From Eledone cirrhosa (lineage: Eukaryota): a stretch of DNA of 64,000 nucleotides. Of the stretch, positions 48,227-61,076 are shown piece after piece. The notes beneath the pieces were generated by a model. It was not told where the DNA came from, ran no database searches, and saw only the letters and a program-made list of their open reading frames with translations. The first letter of the stretch is position 1. The number at the start of each line of letters is the position of its first letter. The DNA lies in NCBI GenBank assembly GCA_964016885.1, contig OZ024750.1, forward strand, positions 35,960,001 through 36,024,000, given 5' to 3'. Made by a program: the position numbers and the translations under genes.

Positions 48227-48336
48227 AAGTGTGTGGGAACAGAGTTCAAAAGGTGTGTAGGGGAGTGGTGGAGAGACATATAGCGAAAGGAAACGGTGCG
48301 CGCCAATGACATGTCGAATTCTGCGACGCCAATGAC

Positions 48337-49224
48337 ATGTCGATATGTAACACAAACTTTAAAAAACCCGACAACCACCTGATCACCTATAGATCAGGGG
48401 AGCACTCTAGTCAGTTAGATTTTATCCTCATCAGAGGACGTGACAGATGGACGGTCGTAAACACAAAAGCCTTCCCTAGTGAGGAATGTACATCCCAACA
48501 TAGCTTAGTTGTCAGCGACCTCACGGTCAGAACTAGACGAGCCCTGAAACAGAGGCCAACCTGGAGAAGAAAGATCTGGAAGCTGAAAGTCCCCTCAACC
48601 AGTAACAGATTTAAAGATATTTTACTCAATGCCTACGACAGTAAAGAAGAACAGATAGAGACATTTAACGTAGAAGAGAACTGGGAGTTCCTAAAAAATA
48701 ACTTACTAGAGGCGACGGATGAGGTTTGTGGCTGGAGTAAGACCTCAAGCAGGAGGAGAGTGACTTGGTGGTGGAACAATAAGGTAGATGAAGCAGTCAA
48801 GGCCAAGAGACAGGCATGGAAAGAATGGAAGAACGGGGGGAGCAGGGTACATTACATAGAGACCAAGAGGGAAGCTAGGCGACAAGTATACTTAGCTAGG
48901 AGGGAAGCAGAGGATAGAAAATTCAAGCATGTTTTACAACGTGAGGACCAGAAACAGGAGGTATTCAAGATTGCGAGGCAGTGTGTCAGAGATAGTTGTG
49001 ATGTCATTGGAGAGAAGTGTATCCGGAATGATAAAGGTGAGCTTGCCCTCACAAGTGCTGAGGGAGTGGGGAGACCCAAGATGACTTGGGATGAGGTGAT
49101 AAAAGCTGACCTTACCCAACTACACCTCTCAAAGTCAATGACACACGACCGTGACTTCTGGCGTCACGCAGTAATACAGGGTACCCGACCTCCCATGGGT
49201 ACATGCTGAAGCATATAAACAATA

Positions 49225-49256
<32 letters not shown>

Positions 49257-49530
49257 CCGCAAGGTGGTCGTGGAGGTGCCACGGCAAAAAAGCACCCAGC
49301 CCACACTGTAAAGTGGACGTGTAGGCGCCACGAAAAAGCACCCAGCACTCACTGTAAATGAGGTTGGTGTTAGGAAGGGCATCCAGCTGTAGAAATCAAG
49401 CCAGATCAGTTCCTGTATGAGCAAGGCATGGTCAGCCGACCAGACACTGCCCACAACAGGACAACCCGTCTAACCCATGCTAGCGTGGAAGAACGGACGT
49501 AAAACGGTGATGATGATGATGATGATGATG
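48337..49530 (+). mobile_element. internally deleted RTE family A element (APE C-terminus and linker fused in frame to the 3' end)
   Basis: ORF 48337..49209 reads SQLDFIL..SQHSLVV..VTWWWN..EKCIRNDKGELALTSAE|GVGRPKMTWDEVI. The RT domain is absent. (GAT)n tail. Confidence 0.88.
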
Positions 49531-49635
49531 ATATATAATCATCATCTTCGTTTAACGTCCATCTTCCATGCTAGCATGGGTTAGACTGAGTTGTCCCACT
49601 TGAGGCAAGGTTGGTCGGGTGACCGTGTCTAGCTC

Positions 49636-49636
49636 A

Positions 49637-49669
<33 letters not shown>

Positions 49670-50006
49670 ATATAAATATATGTATGTATATATATATAAA
49701 TATATGTATGTATATATAAATATATGTATGTATGTATATATAAATATATGTATGTATATATATATGTATGTATATATAAATGTATGTATGTATATATAAA
49801 TATATGTATGTATATATATATGTATGTATGTATATATAAATATATGTATATATAAATGTATGTATGTATATATAAATGTATGTATATATAAATGTATGTA
49901 TATATAAATGTATGTATGTATATATATATAAATATATGTATGTATATATATAAATATATGTATATATATATATAAATATATGTATATATATATATATAAA
50001 TATATG

Positions 50007-50044
<38 letters not shown>

Positions 50045-50146
50045 TATGTATATATATATATATATATATAAATATATGTATGTATATATGTATATATATA
50101 TATATATATAAATATATGTATGTATATATATATATATAAATATATG

Positions 50147-50229
<83 letters not shown>

Positions 50230-50793
50230 GTATGTATATATATATATATATATATATATAAATATATGTATGTATATATATATAAATATATGTATGTACA
50301 CAGAAAAAATGAAACGAAATTTCATTTCCCACTCTTAGTACGGCTGTTACTTAAATATAAGTATGTACACGTACATACATATATGTATACAGACGTACAG
50401 TAGTATGTATATATATATACATACATACATGCACACATATATATATGTACGTATGGATTCACCGAACATTTATTATAATGCTCGGTGTGTTTGTAAACAA
50501 ACATCCTGTATTAAGCCATAGTGTCCAGCAACAATCGTTGCTCATTTGTTCAACACTGACAAAGGAACGCTGTACTAGTTTCAAGCTTATTAGCTATCGT
50601 CAGCAACGTATACCTTCCTGCCATATAAATGTATGTATGTATATATATATATATAAATATATGTATGTATATATATATATATAAATATATGTATGTATAT
50701 ATACATATAAATATATGTATGTATGTATGTATATATATATATATATAAATATATGTATGTATGTATGTATATATATATATATATAAATATATG

Positions 50794-50867
<74 letters not shown>

Positions 50868-51039
50868 TATGTATGTATATATATATATATAAATATATGT
50901 ATGTATATATATATATATATATATAAATATATGTATGTATATATATATATATAAATATATGTATGTATGTATATATATATATATATATATATATAAATAT
51001 ATGTATGTATATATATATATATATAAATATATGTATGTA

Positions 51040-51090
<51 letters not shown>
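49636..51090. repeat. (TA)n-rich complex microsatellite split by a ~330-bp insert (50298-50622)
   Basis: Direct reading. Confidence 0.9.
50567..50609 (-). ncRNA. minimal type-I hammerhead-ribozyme motif
   Basis: ACGTTG-CTGACGA-T-AGCT-AATA-AGCT-T-GAAA-CTAG-TA-CAGCGT: 6-bp stem I with one G-U pair, intact core, palindromic stem III ACTAGT. The base of stem II is a U-U mismatch. Confidence 0.65.
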
Positions 51091-51091
<1 letters not shown>

Positions 51092-51180
51092 GGCAAAAAG
51101 TAAACAGAAACAACAAAACAAATGACACAACACAGTGAAGAAATATATTAGTTTAACATTTGATATAGTAGGGAAAAGAG

Positions 51181-51216
51181 TCTTAACATTTCAGTTGCTA
51201 GTCCTTCATCAGAAGA
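51181..51216 (-). ncRNA. degenerate hammerhead-like motif (related to 62337-62372)
   Basis: TCTT-CTGATGA-AGGACTAGCAACT-GAAA-TGTT-AAGA. Confidence 0.4.
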
Positions 51217-51324
51217 TAGAATGAGAAATAAAAGAAGAAATACAAAGACATGAGAGTGGGAGAGTGTGTGTATGTGAACATGCATGCTTGAGTGTATGTA
51301 TATCTGTGCATTATATGTTCAGTA

Positions 51325-51511
51325 AGGGCGGTGAATTGGCAGTATCGGTAGAGGCTCGGACATGCTTTCCTGCATAGTTACCTCCCTTTATGATCTGAGT
51401 TCAAATCCCGCCGAGGTTAACTTTGCCTTTTATCCATACGGGGTCGATAAAATAAAGTACCAGTAATGTACTGGGTAATTGCTGGCCTTGTGCCAAAAGT
51501 AGAAACAATTA
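51325..51511 (+). mobile_element. SINE group 1
   Basis: Full-length similarity to 3260-3456. Confidence 0.85.
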
Positions 51512-51615
51512 TATGTTCAGTAATTTTCTTTTATAAATCGAATTATTTCAAAAGTAACCCTTTCAAACTAAATATCTCATAGCAAAATTGTACTTTATTA
51601 TCCTGAAAAATATAA

Positions 51616-51948
51616 TTTCATTTCATTTCATTTAATTTTACGTCCGCTTTTCCCTGCTTGCAAGGGTTGGACGGGAACTGATTCTGGCTTGATTTCTACA
51701 GCTGGATGCCTTTCCTGTCACCAACCTCATTTACAGTGAGTGCTGGGTGCTTTTTTGCCGTGACACCTCCACGACCACTTTGCACAGGGACCCCAGTCCT
51801 ATCATCTCTGTTCTACAGCTGAGTAAACTGGAGCAATGTGAAATAAAGTGTCTTGCTCAAGGAAACAACACATCACCCGGTCTGAGAATTGAACTCACAA
51901 CCTTTCGATTGCAAGACCAATGCTCTAACCACTAAGCCATGTGCCTCC
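51616..51948 (-). mobile_element. SINE group 2
   Basis: Reverse complement of 10661-11008. Confidence 0.85.
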
Positions 51949-52242
51949 ATAATATGAAATAAATATTGATAGAATAATATTAAATCAATTGTTGATATAT
52001 ACAGAATGAAACCATTTACTGCAATCATATATTTGGCAACTTTCATACTTATATTTCTTGATGCAATATAGAAATGTTGGACTAATTCTATTGAAGAAAT
52101 ATTTCTTAAGCATTATAGCAATTCAAAATATATTCATATGTAAATTCAAAGGGAAAATAAGCTGCTTCAAGTAAAAGAGATATTTTTAAGATGAAAAAGC
52201 ATATATACATATATATATATGTATATATGTATGTATGTGTGT

Positions 52243-52284
<42 letters not shown>

Positions 52285-53141
52285 GTACACACACACATAC
52301 ACATATATGCATAATGTAATAAATAGAATCGTAATTTATAAAATAAAAAGTAAGAAATTAATTTTTCTATAAAACTTTGTACATTAAGAAGCATATTTGA
52401 TTAAATGTAAATTCAAAATTCTCTGAAAGGAATGATAAATAACACACCTCAGGTAAACATATTTTTATTTAAAGAATCAATGTTTATATCAAGAAGCCAA
52501 AATTATTTTCTATTTATAAGCAGCTATCTATCTCTCTGTCAATCAATGCTTTTTAAAATATCTTGCTTAAAACACGGAACATGGATAAATATATTGTTTG
52601 TATTTTGGTTGTTATATATGTGAAAAAGTAAACATATTACTGAAAATATTTCAAGAATATATTGATTTGTAATTACGTGTAAATAGCATTGGAATCACAA
52701 AAAGACAAAAACAAACTAAGATATATCTTTCAATTTGCTTATCTTGCTTAAAATCATCATTTTTTAAAAGATATATGCATTTATAAGAAGGATATATATG
52801 TGTATATATATATATATATTTATAAACATAGTATTTTGTAATTGAAGGATATATACTTTTATAAGAGGAATATATATATATATATATATACATACACACA
52901 TACACACACATACATACATATACTTTCCTGTAAATTTTATTCTTCAATCACTAATGTCTCAAATCTTCCATTTTCTATAATATAATTTATTATTTGACAT
53001 CCATCAGTTTTAATAAATATCACCCATTAAAGCTATCAGACTTTGTAATGGGCATAATTTTTAGTTGAAAAAAAAAAAAAGAAACCCAAAACAACCCACT
53101 GTTGTATTCCTTATTAAATACAGCAGTGGTTTATCTAATAT

Positions 53142-53363
53142 TTAACCCTTTAGTATTTACAATATACTCTATATTGACTATTGCATTTTCATGGTAAACA
53201 CTTTATTTCACATACTTATCTCACATAATATTGAATCTATGAGATTTTGATATTTATTTATTTTGAGAACAATACCTTAACATATGAGCAGCCGGCTAAG
53301 GCCTGTTTGAATAGAAAGAGATGAGGGAATTCTAGCAAGATATGACTGGTTTAAATGCTAAAT
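53142..53363 (-). mobile_element. piggyBac-type MITE
   Basis: TTAACCCTTTAGTATTTA ... TAAATGCTAAA. Confidence 0.7.
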
Positions 53364-53489
53364 AAACTTCTTAACGACACAGCTATGCTCGTACCATTGG
53401 TTTCATTGTATGTCTGCTTTACTCACCCTCATGGATACAGACTAATTTCTTATAATCTTTAACATTTAAAATTATGATTTTTGTGTCTT

Positions 53490-53940
53490 ATTCCATCTTT
53501 TTACGTGGTCGATAAAATAAAGTACCAGTAATACACTGGGGTAATTGCTGGCCTTGTGCCAAAAGTAGAAACAATTATTATTATTAGGGCAGTGGAAGGG
53601 CGATGGGTTGGCTATAGCTAGAGAGTCGGACGCCATGATTTCCAGCATAGTTACGTCCCTTTACAATCTGAGTTCAAATACCGCCCAGGTTAACTTTGCC
53701 ATTCATCCCTACGGGGTCGATAAAATAAAGTACCAGTAATGCACTGGGATAATTGCTGGCCTTGTGCCAAAAGTCGAAACAATTATTATTATTAGGGCAG
53801 TGGATTGGCAGAATCAGTAGAGGGTCAGAGACAATATGCTTAGTGGCATAGTTACGATTCTTTATGTTCTGAGTTCAAATCCTGTCATGGTTAGGTTTGC
53901 CTTTCATCCTTACAGGGTCGATAAAATAAAGTACCAGTAA
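53490..53940 (+). mobile_element. three tandem SINE group 1 copies (partial and full)
   Basis: Repeated central domain and ATT tails. Confidence 0.8.
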
Positions 53941-54154
53941 CGTACAACGGTAGAAGTAGTTGACTTTTAGTATTGCTATAACATTTGTGTATAGAGTATA
54001 TATAATTGATGTGACTGTTTGTCTCTTTTCAATTTTATTGGTGGCCTTTAGTAGGTTATCATTTTGACCAGTTTCCATTTTTTTTTCTTGTTGTTTTCTA
54101 ACTTGTTAAGTGTTTTGCAGGCATAGGCCTTCATAGATTCCAAATACATACTAT

Positions 54155-54485
54155 ATCATCATCATCATCATTCATCATTTAACGTCTGCTTTTCCTGCTA
54201 GCAAGGTGGTGGTGGTGGTGATGATGATGATGCTGGTGATGATGATGGTGGTAGTGAGGGTGGTGATATTGATGATGGTGGTGATGGTTATGATGGTATT
54301 GATGGTGGTGATGATGGTGATGATGGTTATGCTGGTAATGATGATGATGGTTATGATAGTGGGGATGGTAATGATGGTAATGTTGAGGGTGGTGGGGATG
54401 AGGATGATGATGATAATGATGATGATGGTGGTGGTTATGATGGTAATGATGGTGGTGATGATGATAGTTATGATCATGGTGATAA
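54155..54485. repeat. (CAT)n + RTE terminal motif + (GAT/GGT)n tract
   Basis: Direct reading. Confidence 0.85.
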
Positions 54486-54639
54486 TTTGTCTTTTCATCC
54501 ATCTTTGTTACACATGCTTTTGTTAGAATATGAACACTTTACTATATAAACAGTCAGTAAATGATATTTACATTCGTCAATTTACATAGTTAGAATGTCT
54601 CAGGAAAGAATTGGAAAGATTTGTAGCTTGGAGATCAAA

Positions 54640-55820
54640 GAGTCACTCCTGGTAGAGCCACTACTTCTTCAAATTGAGAGATCACAGCTCTGATACTATG
54701 GACATGTGGTTAGAATGTCTCAGGAAAGAATCACTGGAGAGTCACTCCTGGTAGAGCCACTACTTCTTCAAATTGAGAGATCACAGCTCTGATACTATGG
54801 ACATGTGGTTAGAATGTCTCAGGAAAGAATCACTGGAGAGTCACTCCTGGTAGAGCCACTACTTCTTCAAATTGAGAGATCACTGCTCTGATACTATGGA
54901 CATGTGGTTAGAATGTCTCAGGAAAGAATCACTGGAGAGTCACTCCTGGTAGAGCCACTACTTCTTCAAATTGAGAGATCACAGCTCTGATACTATGGAC
55001 ATGTGGTTAGAATGTCTCAGGAAAGAATCACTGGAGAGTCACTCCTGGTAGAGCCACTACTTCTTCAAATTGAGAGATCACTGCTCTGATACTATGGACA
55101 TGTGGTTAGAATGTCTCAGGAAAGAATCACTGGAGAGTCACTCCTGGTAGAGCCACTACTTCTTCAAATTGAGAGATCACAGCTCTGATACTATGGACAT
55201 GTGGTTAGAATGTCTCAGGAAAGAATCACTGGAGAGTCACTCCTGGTAGAGCCACTACTTCTTCAAATTGAGAGATCACTGCTCTGATACTATGGACATG
55301 TGGTTAGAATGTCTCAGGAAAGAATCACTGGAGAGTCACTCCTGGTAGAGCCACTACTTCTTCAAATTGAGAGATCACAGCTCTGATACTATGGACATGT
55401 GGTTAGAATGTCTCAGGAAAGAATCACTGGAGAGTCACTCCTGGTAGAGCCACTACTTCTTCAAATTGAGAGATCACTGCTCTGATACTATGGACATGTG
55501 GTTAGAATGTCTCAGGAAAGAATCACTGGAGAGTCACTCCTGGTAGAGCCACTACTTCTTCAAATTGAGAGATCACTGCTCTGATACTATGGACATGTGG
55601 TTAGAATGTCTCAGGAAAGAATCACTGGAGAGTCACTCCTGGTAGAGCCACTACTTCTTCAAATTGAGAGATCACTGCTCTGATACTATGGACATGTGGT
55701 TAGAATGTCTCAGGAAAGAATCACTGGAGAGTCACTCCTGGTAGAGCCACTAATTCTCCTAATTGAGAGATCACTGCTCTGATACTATGGACATGTGGTT
55801 AGAATGTCTCAGGAAAGAAT
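54640..55820 (+). repeat. 99-bp tandem array, 12 units, derived from RTE LINE coding sequence
   Basis: Period 99 (54640, 54739 ... 55729). The unit translates ESLLVEPLLLQIERSQL*YYGHVVRMSQERITG, a decayed RTE 'QLRWYGHV.RM' region. The last unit continues into an RTE-like 3' end. Confidence 0.9.
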
Positions 55821-56065
55821 TGTTGGACAGTTTTTACAGGGAAAAAACAGTTGCTTCTGACAGGACCCACTGGAAGGAGTATTTGAGGACTCTTCCCCCG
55901 CAACCCTCTCAGGAAAATGTGAGTGAAGGAGAAAAAGAATTTACATAGTTTTTGTTTTATTATTGTGTGTGTATGTTTTTTGCTTGTCATTGTTATTCTT
56001 TATGTCAGACGTTCTCAAATGTTGCTACAACACCCACTTTAGTGAAATAAAAGGATATATAATAT

Positions 56066-56457
56066 TTTTACATAGTATACCTACTACAGTCAGTAGGCAT
56101 CTCTAACAAAAGACACCCCGTCCCACCACCCCCACCCCATCCACGCCGCCCCTTTCAATGTAAAGTTATGTTGGTGCCACAACATCCAGGCCAAAACAAA
56201 TGAGGTCGTGTAGGTGTCACGACAAAAAACACACAGTCCACGCTGTAATGTGGCCATGTAGGCAACACGGTAAAAACCTCCCAGTCCCACACTGTAAATA
56301 TGGTTGTTGTTAGGAAGGGCATCCAGCTGTAGAAAACCCGCCAGACAGTCCTATGCGAGCAAGACAACCACTCTTGCCTCAAGTGGGAAAACTCCCGTCC
56401 AAACCCATGCAAGCGTGGAACATGGACGTTAAACGATGATGATGATGATGATGATGA
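56066..56457 (+). mobile_element. RTE family C 3' UTR
   Basis: Reverse complement of 34986-35490 without the duplication. (GAT)n tail. Confidence 0.85.
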
Positions 56458-56465
56458 TATATATA

Positions 56466-56745
56466 CTAGCAGAATGGCCTGGCGTTGCTCGGGATTCTAA
56501 ACATAGATTGGCATGTTTATTCCTCCTTTCTGAAACAGTTTCGTCATATGTTCACCAATTGATGCAGAAGTCCTAATAAAAAGTGAAGTCGCTTTGGGTG
56601 AATAGGCAAATAATTTTCCATTAAGATTTTTCAAAAGCATGTAATTGTGTTCCCTCTCTTTATTGTTGTTGTTTTTGCTGCTGTCATGAAATAAATACGT
56701 TTGTTTATATTTTGTTATTGTGTATGCAAAAATATCTGTACACGA

Positions 56746-56777
<32 letters not shown>

Positions 56778-56898
56778 TAAAATAACAGATTAAAGTTTAA
56801 GCAAAGAATCGCTGCTTTCACCCTTAACAGGATCTTCTGAAACTAAAAATATTAATCTGTGAACACAGAAGTAAATATTTCGAAAAAACGTTACGCAC

Positions 56899-56930
<32 letters not shown>

Positions 56931-57257
56931 CACACACTATATATACATATATACACACACACAGATAGCATCATAATGTCGTAATGCAGACAGCCAGACA
57001 TACAGACAGATATTATAAGGGCGCGACGTCGTAGCTATGTATCTATCTAAAATGATAGACTAAGAATTATAGAGAGATCGCTAAACGGCGCCTAATACGG
57101 TCCCTAGGGCAATGAAAATTTGAAATATTCTTTGCTCAAAACATTCACACGACCATAAGTATTACCTGTGTAAAGTTTGAAAAACAATGGTTGGGTGGTT
57201 CTTGAGTGTGAGGGAGTCAGGCAGACAGACAGAAACTCTCTGTTTTAGATATATAGA
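56466..57257 (-). mobile_element. non-autonomous Helitron (separate family)
   Basis: Minus strand: A|TCTATATATCTAAAAC ... CCCGAGCAACGCCAGG hairpin, CCATTCTGCTAG|T. Confidence 0.75.
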
Positions 57258-58614
57258 TAAATTAATAATTTTATTTATTATATATTATTTACAATATGCA
57301 TGTAGGTCTCTGGAAATAGGGGTGGGAGGCTCTGAGGTGGATGTGAGGGGAGCAATGCCCCCCCACCCCGCCCCCCAAAGTTTGAGAACTTCTGCTTTAC
57401 ATCAAGGTGTTATTGTTGTTGACATTGTTACTCTTTACATCAAGCTGTTGTTGTTGTTGTCATTGTTGTTGTTGACATTGCTACTCTTTACATCAAGCTG
57501 TTGTTGTTGTTGTCATTGCTACTCTTTACATCAAGCTGTTGTTGTTGTTGTCATTGTTACTCTTTACATCAAGGTGTTGTTGTTGTAAATCGGTCACCAT
57601 CAACAAAACAATAACATACTAAGTAAACGAGGGGGAAACATAATGGATGAGAGCCAAGAAGGCTTACCAAAAATAAATTGCATCATCCTAATAACATAAT
57701 TTCCTTTATCAACATTGTGTCCACGTGAGTAAAATTCAACAAGTTGAAAATTAGCCGCAACATCACATAGAGAGTTAAAGTGAGAACAAAGAGCATATTG
57801 AATCATGTAAGTAAAAAAAATAAATCAAGGTGGAGAGGGAAGTGCTACCTTCCAACCAGTTTGTTGAGAGGTGGGTGAGAGAGTCAAGAAAGGCCCCCAA
57901 AAAATTCAAACAACAAAATTACTGGTCCTAATTTTTCTAATTGACTGTCTCTGTTTATTTTTTATCAGATACTTCTTTCAAAATGGCATCAAGTTTGGCA
58001 CCAAAAAATTGAACATTATGGAAGAAGGGTGGGGATTTTCATTAATATCTCCTCTCTTTCTTTCTCTCTCTTTCTTTCCATATCTCTCTCCCTCTCTCTC
58101 TCTCCTCTTTCACTGCTTTCTCTCTCTCTCTCTACCCTTTATCTCCCCCATCTCTCTCTATCGCTCTCCCATTTTATCTCTCCCTCTTGCTCTCCTCTTT
58201 TATCTCCCCCATCTTTCTCTCTTTCAGTAACAGCAGTTTTCCATCATTAACACCTGCTGTCATCACTGCCATAAAAGCTGAAAAAAGATCAAAATGAAAA
58301 TATTTTATTTCTTTTTTTTTTTTTAGCATGAAAGAAAGTGCATGTTTGATGAGTACCAACGGAAAGATTATCAACAGATCAACATCAACAAGAAAAACAA
58401 CAGAAACCAAATCCAACATCAAAACAGCCACCGAAAGGAACTTTGTCAGAACAGCTCTCCCTCTCTTTGAAATAAAGGATAAAGGATAAAGATCCAATAA
58501 CTCCCTGTGGAGTCATAGAGGCACCATCATACAGCATGTCTAGGGCACTTTTATACCTGGCAGAGCCCAACCCTCTCCAGGTCTGGACACAGCCAATTTT
58601 TTCTGTAGAGGAAG

Positions 58615-58775
58615 AATCAACCCAGTACAGGACTGGTACTTTTTTTAATGACCTCAAAAGGATGAAAGGCAAAGTTGATAATGGCAGGATTTGAATTCAG
58701 AGCGCACAAAGAGGTGGAACGAATACCGTAAAGCATTCTATCAGACACCTTAACAACTCTGCTAACTTGCCGCCT
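58615..58775 (-). mobile_element. diverged SINE group 1 copy (similar copies at 46390-46545 and 25519-25680)
   Basis: B box and central domain recognisable. Confidence 0.65.
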
Positions 58776-60214
58776 TATCTTTCAAATATAAATCTACTTA
58801 AATTTCATCTCTTCGTTTGAGGGGGAGAGTATCCCATAACTCTCTCTTCTAAAAAAATACATTAAAAACTATAAAAACATTTTAAAAAAACAGTACCTTA
58901 TTTCAACCCAACACGCAATCACGACACCATGGCCAAAATAACACCCACACGAAACACTGATATACCTACAACTACACTATCTCTGCCACCCCCACTACCA
59001 CTTACAGACAGTTACAAGAAGTAAATACTCCCCCCCACCCTAAAAAAAACATTACCAGCAAACAAACATACAAACACAATAACAAAACTCATCCATGCCA
59101 ACGTTTGTGTTAATTAAAGATTCAAACAAAGATCTAGTGGCATTTATTGTACAAAGAAAAGATATTGAAACAGGTGTGGGGAGATTTAAAATGATTATGT
59201 CCTTAATGACAGTTGGGACCCTAATGTCAAGGTCACTGTCAGCATTGGCTATGTACAGAGTGCAGCCCTGTCTACACTGCCAATGTAGACAACAGCTTTC
59301 TCTCTGTATTGGCTATGTGCTGTTTATTTTTGCTTTTGTTTTGGTATTCTATTGTAGTGAAAATTACTCTGTAATATTTTTGCCATGCATTGTAGTGCTA
59401 CATTTTATATGTTTTGTATATCTGTAAATCCTGTACTTTTGCTTATGTATTGCTTTCGACACAGTGTCCACCACCCTCAGGACTTGCACCACTAACCACT
59501 TTCTCCAGCACTTCCTCTTCAGAATGTCAGTCACTTGGAATCATCTCCCAACCTCTTGGTTCATGTTTTTTTCTTGCAGCAATCAACATAGAATTTTCCA
59601 AGACAAATAATATCACCTCTGACTACTACATCCAAGAGAGAACTCAACAATTAACTAAAGAACAGTTTCATATATAAAGTACTATAGTTAATATGAAGCT
59701 TTGTGAGATATGTAATAAAAGACCCATAAGATTTTTTTTTTTAAATTGTACAATGTGGTAGAAATATATAACAGGCAAATGATGACAAATAAAATAATCT
59801 TTTCTATATTTCATCTGCCTGTCACCCACCTTGTAGATTGTCTCTCTGTTGACCATTGGACACTGGTCTCAGTGACATTTTTGCCCATCGCTGTCTTTGA
59901 CCAACATTTAGCTGTTTTAACAGCTGATCTAGCGATGAGTTTTCTCCCTTTTATATGTATTAAAATACACTCTTGCTTCATCTATATCAGAGACAACATT
60001 GTTTTTACATAAAACAAAGTAATATTTTACCCAGTATATTTCAACATGATATTTCAGGGCTAATACCCTCTTTTCAAATGGGAAACAGAAAGGGTGTGAA
60101 AACAAAACAAGTGATTGATATATTTTTATTTTATAAATATACTGGGTAAAACATTACTTTGTTTAGTTTTATTTGTCATCATTTGCCGTTTATATTTTAC
60201 TAATGCATTCTACT

Positions 60215-60516
60215 TAGGGAATTCGGCTCATGATCGTAAGGTCACAAGATTGATTCCCGGCGACACGCTATATTCTTGAGCAAAAAACTTTATTTCACAT
60301 TACTCCAGTCCACTCAGCTGGCAAAAATGAGTTGTACCTGTAATTCGAATGGCCAGCATTGTCACATTGTATGTTACGCTGATTCTCCCTGAGATCTACG
60401 TTAAGGATATGTGTGTTTGTGGAATTCTCAGCCACTTGCACGTTAATTTCATGAGGAGGCTGTTTCGTTGATTGGATCAACTGGAACACTTGTCATCATA
60501 ACCGAGAGATTGCCTT
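60215..60516 (+). mobile_element. tRNA-derived SINE with a TTCTTGAGCAA central domain (diverged)
   Basis: Shares CTTGAGCAA..ACTTTATTTCACATT.CTCCAGT.CACTCAGCTG with group 2. Confidence 0.6.
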
Positions 60517-60744
60517 CCAACTGCATTCTACTGGCTTTTTGAAATGTATCAGTTTCATATATGTTACAGACTGAACTGAAACAAAACTTCAATACACATT
60601 ATACAATTACTATATTGATGATGAAAATGTCTGTAGTTTAAGAATGTCTCATTAAAATGAAATATCATATAAGATATAATTCTTCCCTAACTTCCATAAC
60701 AGATATTTAGAATTGGTGCATATAACAAAATACTGAAGTAGTAA

Positions 60745-60957
60745 TAATAATAATAATAATAATAATAATTGTTTCTACTTTTTGGCACAAGGCCAGCAAT
60801 TATCCCAGTGTATTACTGGTACTTTATTTTATCGACCCCCGTAAGGATGAAAGGCAAAGTTAACCTCGGCGGGATTTGAACTCAATCCGTAAAGGGACGT
60901 AACTGTGCTGCAAAGCATGGCGTCCGACCCTCTACTCATACGGCCAATCCACCGCCT
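60745..60957 (-). mobile_element. SINE group 1 inserted in (AAT)n
   Basis: Full length, with (AAT)n on both sides. Confidence 0.85.
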
Positions 60958-61045
60958 TTATTATAATAATAATAATAATAATAGTATTGTCCTGTACTGT
61001 CCTTAATGTCTACTTTACGTAAACCCTTGTGGTTAATAAAGAAAG

Positions 61046-61076
<31 letters not shown>

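Noticed and set aside
59200-59320. Minus-strand peptide PIQRESCCLHWQCRQGCTLYIANADSDLDIRV, vaguely GIY-YIG-like
   Set aside because: The key VY and YIG residues are not preserved, so it is too weak to call.
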